Shown: positions 26,735-30,055 of the stretch, piece after piece
Layout: each line of letters opens with the position of its first letter
How positions within the stretch are numbered: position 1 is the stretch's first letter
IMG/VR virus record: IMGVR_UViG_3300012953_000139
Location: 1 to 30,055 of that record
Length of the DNA: 30,055 nt
Direction: 5' to 3' (one strand)
Source: a virus
Taxonomy: Duplodnaviria > Caudoviricetes
Translations under genes and position numbers: made by a program
Notes under the pieces: generated by a model
The model's database searches: none
Told to the model about the DNA's origin: nothing
What the model saw: only the letters and a program-made list of their open reading frames with translations

Positions 26735-27025
26735 ATGTCTACAGATAACCAAGCAGAGCAAATCGAGGCCGGTAACCAAGCCGAAGAACTTTTGAGAACA
26801 AAAGCATTCGGAACTACTATCGATGAACTCGTACAATCTACGTTTAACTACTTCGTAAATTCTAAAACAGAAGATACCGAGGGTAGAGAACGTGCATACA
26901 ATCATTATCAGGCCATCAACGATATTGTCGCTACACTACAACAGCGTGTGCAAGTCCGTGACAATATTAATGAAGGCGATGCTCAAGATGACGATAATGA
27001 CAATAACGCTAACAACAAGCAGTAA
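26735..27025 (+). CDS. Hypothetical protein between portal and scaffold
   Basis: SD AAGGAG; helical, RE.AY motif; position typical of this head module. Confidence 0.75.
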   Translation: MSTDNQAEQIEAGNQAEELLRTKAFGTTIDELVQSTFNYFVNSKTEDTEGRERAYNHYQAINDIVATLQQRVQVRDNINEGDAQDDDNDNNANNKQ

Positions 27026-27033
27026 GGAGCACT

Positions 27034-28092
27034 ATGTCCGATAAAGAACACGTGCAAACCGACACAAAGAAACCGCTGGACGCTCAGGGCGCAGCGGATG
27101 CCCTTCTGGCAAAGTGGACAGACGATGGCGAAAGCCAACTATCTGAAGACGATAGTCTAGAGGCAAAAGATCAGGCAGTTCTTACAGATAATGAAGAGAC
27201 TGAGAACTCCAATGATCTTAATGATGAAGATGAAGTTGATATTCCGGAAGAGGATGACATTGACCAGTCTTATGAAGACGACACTGAACTAGATGACGAC
27301 ATTGATGAAGAAGTCAGTGACGAAGAAGCCCTTGAGGTTTTGGAAGTTGACGATAATCATGAAGTTGAAATTAAAGTTAATGGTGAAGTCAAGACTGCAT
27401 CAATAGGCAGCCTCAAAAGGTTATATGGACAAGAAGCCTCCATCACTAAAAAGTCTCAAGAACTCTCAACCCAACGGCGATACGCAGAAGAAGCGGTTGG
27501 AAAGTCTACGGCAGTACTTCAGCGAATGCTGAACCAGGCTACTGAGGCATTCAAACCTTACGCAGAAATCGACATGCTTGTAGCATCTAAAACTATGGGC
27601 GATGAAGAGTTTCAAACGCTTCGAAAAGAAGCATCTTCTGCTGCATCAAACCTGAAATTCCTACAAGAGGAAGCCGATCAGTTCTATTCGCAAATGCGTG
27701 AGCAGCAAGCTACTGCCATGCAAGAGCAAGCCAAGAATGCTGTAAAAGTACTCGAAGCTGAAATAGATGGTTGGTCTAATGACCTCTACAGTGACATACG
27801 AAACTATGCAGTTGAACAGGGCATGAACGAGGACGTAGTAAATACTATCGTCGATCCTGTCGCAATCAAGTTCATCAACAAAGCTCGGATGTTCGACCAG
27901 GGAAAGAAGGTAGCAACAGTGAAAAAGAAACAAGCTGTTACTAGAAAGACATTGAAGTCTAAGAAAGCACCTGCTTCTGAAAACCAAGTACGTAAACGTA
28001 ACCTTTCAAAACAGAAAGATGCACTACGTCAAAGCAGAACGCAGGATGTTACTGATGCTGCAAATGTTATTCTTTCGCGTTGGGAAAAATAA
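27034..28092 (+). CDS. Capsid scaffolding protein
   Basis: Very acidic N-terminal third, IKVNGE......L...Y......T.KSQEL, coiled coil, basic tail; directly before the capsid gene; SD AAGGAG. Confidence 0.88.
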   Translation: MSDKEHVQTDTKKPLDAQGAADALLAKWTDDGESQLSEDDSLEAKDQAVLTDNEETENSNDLNDEDEVDIPEEDDIDQSYEDDTELDDDIDEEVSDEEALEVLEVDDNHEVEIKVNGEVKTASIGSLKRLYGQEASITKKSQELSTQRRYAEEAVGKSTAVLQRMLNQATEAFKPYAEIDMLVASKTMGDEEFQTLRKEASSAASNLKFLQEEADQFYSQMREQQATAMQEQAKNAVKVLEAEIDGWSNDLYSDIRNYAVEQGMNEDVVNTIVDPVAIKFINKARMFDQGKKVATVKKKQAVTRKTLKSKKAPASENQVRKRNLSKQKDALRQSRTQDVTDAANVILSRWEK

Positions 28093-28120
28093 CCACTAAG
28101 TCATTGAAAGGATTAAACAA

Positions 28121-29008
28121 ATGGCTGTGTTCACAACATATGATGCCGTCGGTCTCGCAGAGTCCGTCGAGGACATCATTTACGACATATCCCCATCGGA
28201 TACACCCTTCCATTCTCTTGTAAGAAACGAGACAGTTAACGCAAGAACATTCGAGTGGATCGAGGACTCGCTCGGATCGAGCGCTGCAAACGCAGAGGTT
28301 GAAGGTTTTACAGCGTCAGACGACTCATTAGGCACACCAAGCCTACGCAGTAACGTCTGTCAGATAATGAGTAAGACCATTAATATTTCTGAGACCCAAG
28401 AATCGGTCAAGACCTATGGTCGCGCATCTCAGACAGCTTACGAGCTGGCTAAGGCGCTAAAAGAAATCAAGAAAGACTACGAACGTGCAATGGTTGGCGT
28501 ATCTAACGCTGCCGTGGCTGGTAATGCCTCAACCGCACGTGAAATGGCCTCAATTGATCAGCAAATTACCGGCGCAACAGATGCCGGAAGTGGCACAACT
28601 GACGCCTTGACTGAGGCTGTACTAAACACCGCAGGTCAAGCTGCATACACTGCAGGGTCTAACCCAGATGTATTCATGATCAAACCAGCAGACAGCTTGA
28701 TTGTTGCTGGATTTGCTACAGCATCGAACAAGACACGCACGTTCAACGACGACACAACTACTTACGTGAACGTCATTGAAGTACTGGTCACTCCCTTCGG
28801 AACTTACCGAGTTGTATTAAATCGTGAGCAGCTTAGCACTCACGCTTTCTTGCTCGATACATCTATGTTCCGGACAGTAACTCTACGTCCGTTCACACGT
28901 ACACTCCTTGCCAAACAGGGCGACAATGATCGTCACCTACTCGTTGGTGAGGTGAGCTGTAAGCATGTGTCTTTCGCCGATAGTCACATGATCACCGGCC
29001 TTTCATAG
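28121..29008 (+). CDS. Major capsid protein (SU10/LUZ24-like, DUF5309-type)
   Basis: G..E.V.DII..ISP.DTPF, EW..D.L, N..QI..K...IS.T, GR....AY...K...E.K.D.E, TPFG...VV.NR, LRP....LAK.GD. Confidence 0.92.
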   Translation: MAVFTTYDAVGLAESVEDIIYDISPSDTPFHSLVRNETVNARTFEWIEDSLGSSAANAEVEGFTASDDSLGTPSLRSNVCQIMSKTINISETQESVKTYGRASQTAYELAKALKEIKKDYERAMVGVSNAAVAGNASTAREMASIDQQITGATDAGSGTTDALTEAVLNTAGQAAYTAGSNPDVFMIKPADSLIVAGFATASNKTRTFNDDTTTYVNVIEVLVTPFGTYRVVLNREQLSTHAFLLDTSMFRTVTLRPFTRTLLAKQGDNDRHLLVGEVSCKHVSFADSHMITGLS

Positions 29009-29026
29009 GTCTTTGATAATTGGAAG

Positions 29027-29099
29027 CCTTGGGCCAGGAGTTTTGCTCTCCTTATCCTGCGCCCAGGGTGACCTTTTTACCTACACTTTAGGAGAAGCA
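29027..29099 (+). terminator. Post-capsid hairpin with anti-SD loop (candidate terminator and/or pseudoknot)
   Basis: Stem CCTTGGGCCAGGA (29027-29039) / TCCTGCGCCCAGGG (29055-29068); T5 run at 29074-29078; loop TGCTCTCCT can pair with AGGAGAAGCA (29090-29099). Confidence 0.6.
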
Positions 29100-29103
29100 T
29101 TCC

Positions 29104-29436
29104 ATGACAAATAAAGACGACATTAAAGATAAGATACAGAAGCCTGTAAACTTACTCAGCTCTCAGCAATCCTATTTGCAGGATAACAATAGAGTTATAC
29201 GTAAAACAGACCAAGCTATCCCTCAGTCATTCCTTACTGATCTGAAGCACCAACGTGAAGACAGTATCAGGAACAACATGGGTGATTACCAATCTGTCGC
29301 AAAAGTACCTGTAGCAATTCATGAGAAATGGAAACGCGAAGGCTTTGACATGTTCAAGGAGACACCAAAGGCAATCTTGAAACGCCTACGTGACGAGAAC
29401 CTTGATGCATTTATTACTACGAATAAGAGATTGTAA
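29104..29436 (+). CDS. Hypothetical head-region protein, 110 aa
   Basis: SD AGGAG; VA.VP....EKW.REG.D motif; follows the capsid gene. Confidence 0.8.
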   Translation: MTNKDDIKDKIQKPVNLLSSQQSYLQDNNRVIRKTDQAIPQSFLTDLKHQREDSIRNNMGDYQSVAKVPVAIHEKWKREGFDMFKETPKAILKRLRDENLDAFITTNKRL

Positions 29437-29675
29437 TGACCGACAAGAAGTACAGTAAGACAGTCACTAATTCTAAGACAGGCCGTAAGCGCACTGTCCG
29501 GTATGGAGCTAAAGGTTATTCAATTAGCCCAGGCACCAGTCGTGGTGACAATTACTGTACTCGTTCATTTGGGCAGATGAAGAAGTTTCCAAAAGCTGCC
29601 AAAGACCCAAACTCACCCTTACGCCTAAGCCGCAAGAAATGGAAGTGCTCAGGCAAGAGATCACGGAGAAATTAA
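29436..29675 (+). CDS. Small basic protein, 79 aa
   Basis: K/R-rich; V.YG..G......R...YC.RS.G......KDPNS..R....KWKC; TAATG coupling. Confidence 0.8.
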   Translation: MTDKKYSKTVTNSKTGRKRTVRYGAKGYSISPGTSRGDNYCTRSFGQMKKFPKAAKDPNSPLRLSRKKWKCSGKRSRRN

Positions 29676-29676
29676 G

Positions 29677-29802
29677 ATGCCAAATGTACGTGGGAAAAAG
29701 TTCCCTTATACAAAAGCAGGTAAAGCTGCAGCTAAAAAAGAGATGGATAAGAATAAGCGCAAGAAGCCAGGAGCGCCAGGGAAGCGCCGATATGGCAAGT
29801 AA
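29677..29802 (+). CDS. Small basic protein, 41 aa
   Basis: Not in the track: MPNVRGKKFPYTKAGKAAAKKEMDKNKRKKPGAPGKRRYGK*; SD GGAG at 29665-29668. Confidence 0.75.
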   Translation: MPNVRGKKFPYTKAGKAAAKKEMDKNKRKKPGAPGKRRYGK

Positions 29803-29971
29803 GAATGTACCAACAAACCCACAGCTTTACTCACGTGTGAAGTCTGAAGCTAAGAGAAAGTTCGATAAATTTCCAAGCGCTTATGCTTCGAGCTGGATAG
29901 TTAGGACTTACAAGAAACGTGGTGGTGGTTATCGGGTATCAAGCAATGGCAAAACCAAAAAGAAAACCTAA
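29792..29971 (+). CDS. Small basic protein, 59 aa
   Basis: MASKNVPTNPQLYSRVKSEAKRKFDKFPSAYASSWIVRTYKKRGGGYR...; start moved from 29639 to ATG 29792 because the upstream part is occupied by the 41-aa gene. Confidence 0.75.
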   Translation: MASKNVPTNPQLYSRVKSEAKRKFDKFPSAYASSWIVRTYKKRGGGYRVSSNGKTKKKT

Positions 29972-30055
29972 ACGAAGAGCTGCCGGTGGTCTAACCAAAT
30001 GGTTTTCCGAAGACTGGCGCGATATTTCTACCAAAGACAAAAGCGGCAAGCATCC
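29946..30055 (+). CDS. Small basic protein, 3' truncated
   Basis: MAKPKRKPKRRAAGGLTKWFSEDWRDISTKDKSGKH..., open to the window end. Confidence 0.65.
   Translation, partial: MAKPKRKPKRRAAGGLTKWFSEDWRDISTKDKSGKH

Noticed and set aside
29639-29791. N-terminal half of the 110-aa ORF 29639..29971
   Set aside because: The region is better explained by the 41-aa gene at 29677-29802 in another frame; the likely start is 29792.

Overview
This window is about 30 kb of a temperate podovirus-like phage genome, probably marine with an alphaproteobacterial host (inferred). The left third is a T7-like transcription/replication module: the 3' end of a tyrosine integrase, single-subunit RNA polymerase, SSB, endonuclease I, primase-helicase, family A DNA polymerase, a gp5.7-like protein, 5'-3' exonuclease, a DUF3310/gp1.7-like protein and a class II ribonucleotide reductase. 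The right two thirds is a virion module that is not T7-like and instead resembles LUZ24/PaP3/SU10-type phages: tail fibre, nozzle, three ejection proteins, TerS, TerL, portal, scaffold, major capsid and small basic proteins. Between the modules lies the only convincing minus-strand gene, an XRE-HTH repressor with an apparently non-cleavable C-terminal domain. The best candidate for a new system surrounds this gene: a 79-nt minus-strand RNA hairpin (11160-11238) whose apical 10 nt exactly complement the 10 nt before the repressor start codon, with an alphaproteobacterial-type LexA box (GAAC-N7-GTAC) just upstream, suggesting an SOS-induced RNA antirepressor. Other notable elements are three copies of a phage-RNAP promoter motif, two palindromic operator candidates, two hairpins whose loops can pair with the downstream Shine-Dalgarno (pseudoknots), and a 1717-aa ejection protein with a DNA-glycosylase-like domain and an HExxH metallopeptidase domain. 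All family assignments come from motif recognition by eye; no searches were run.
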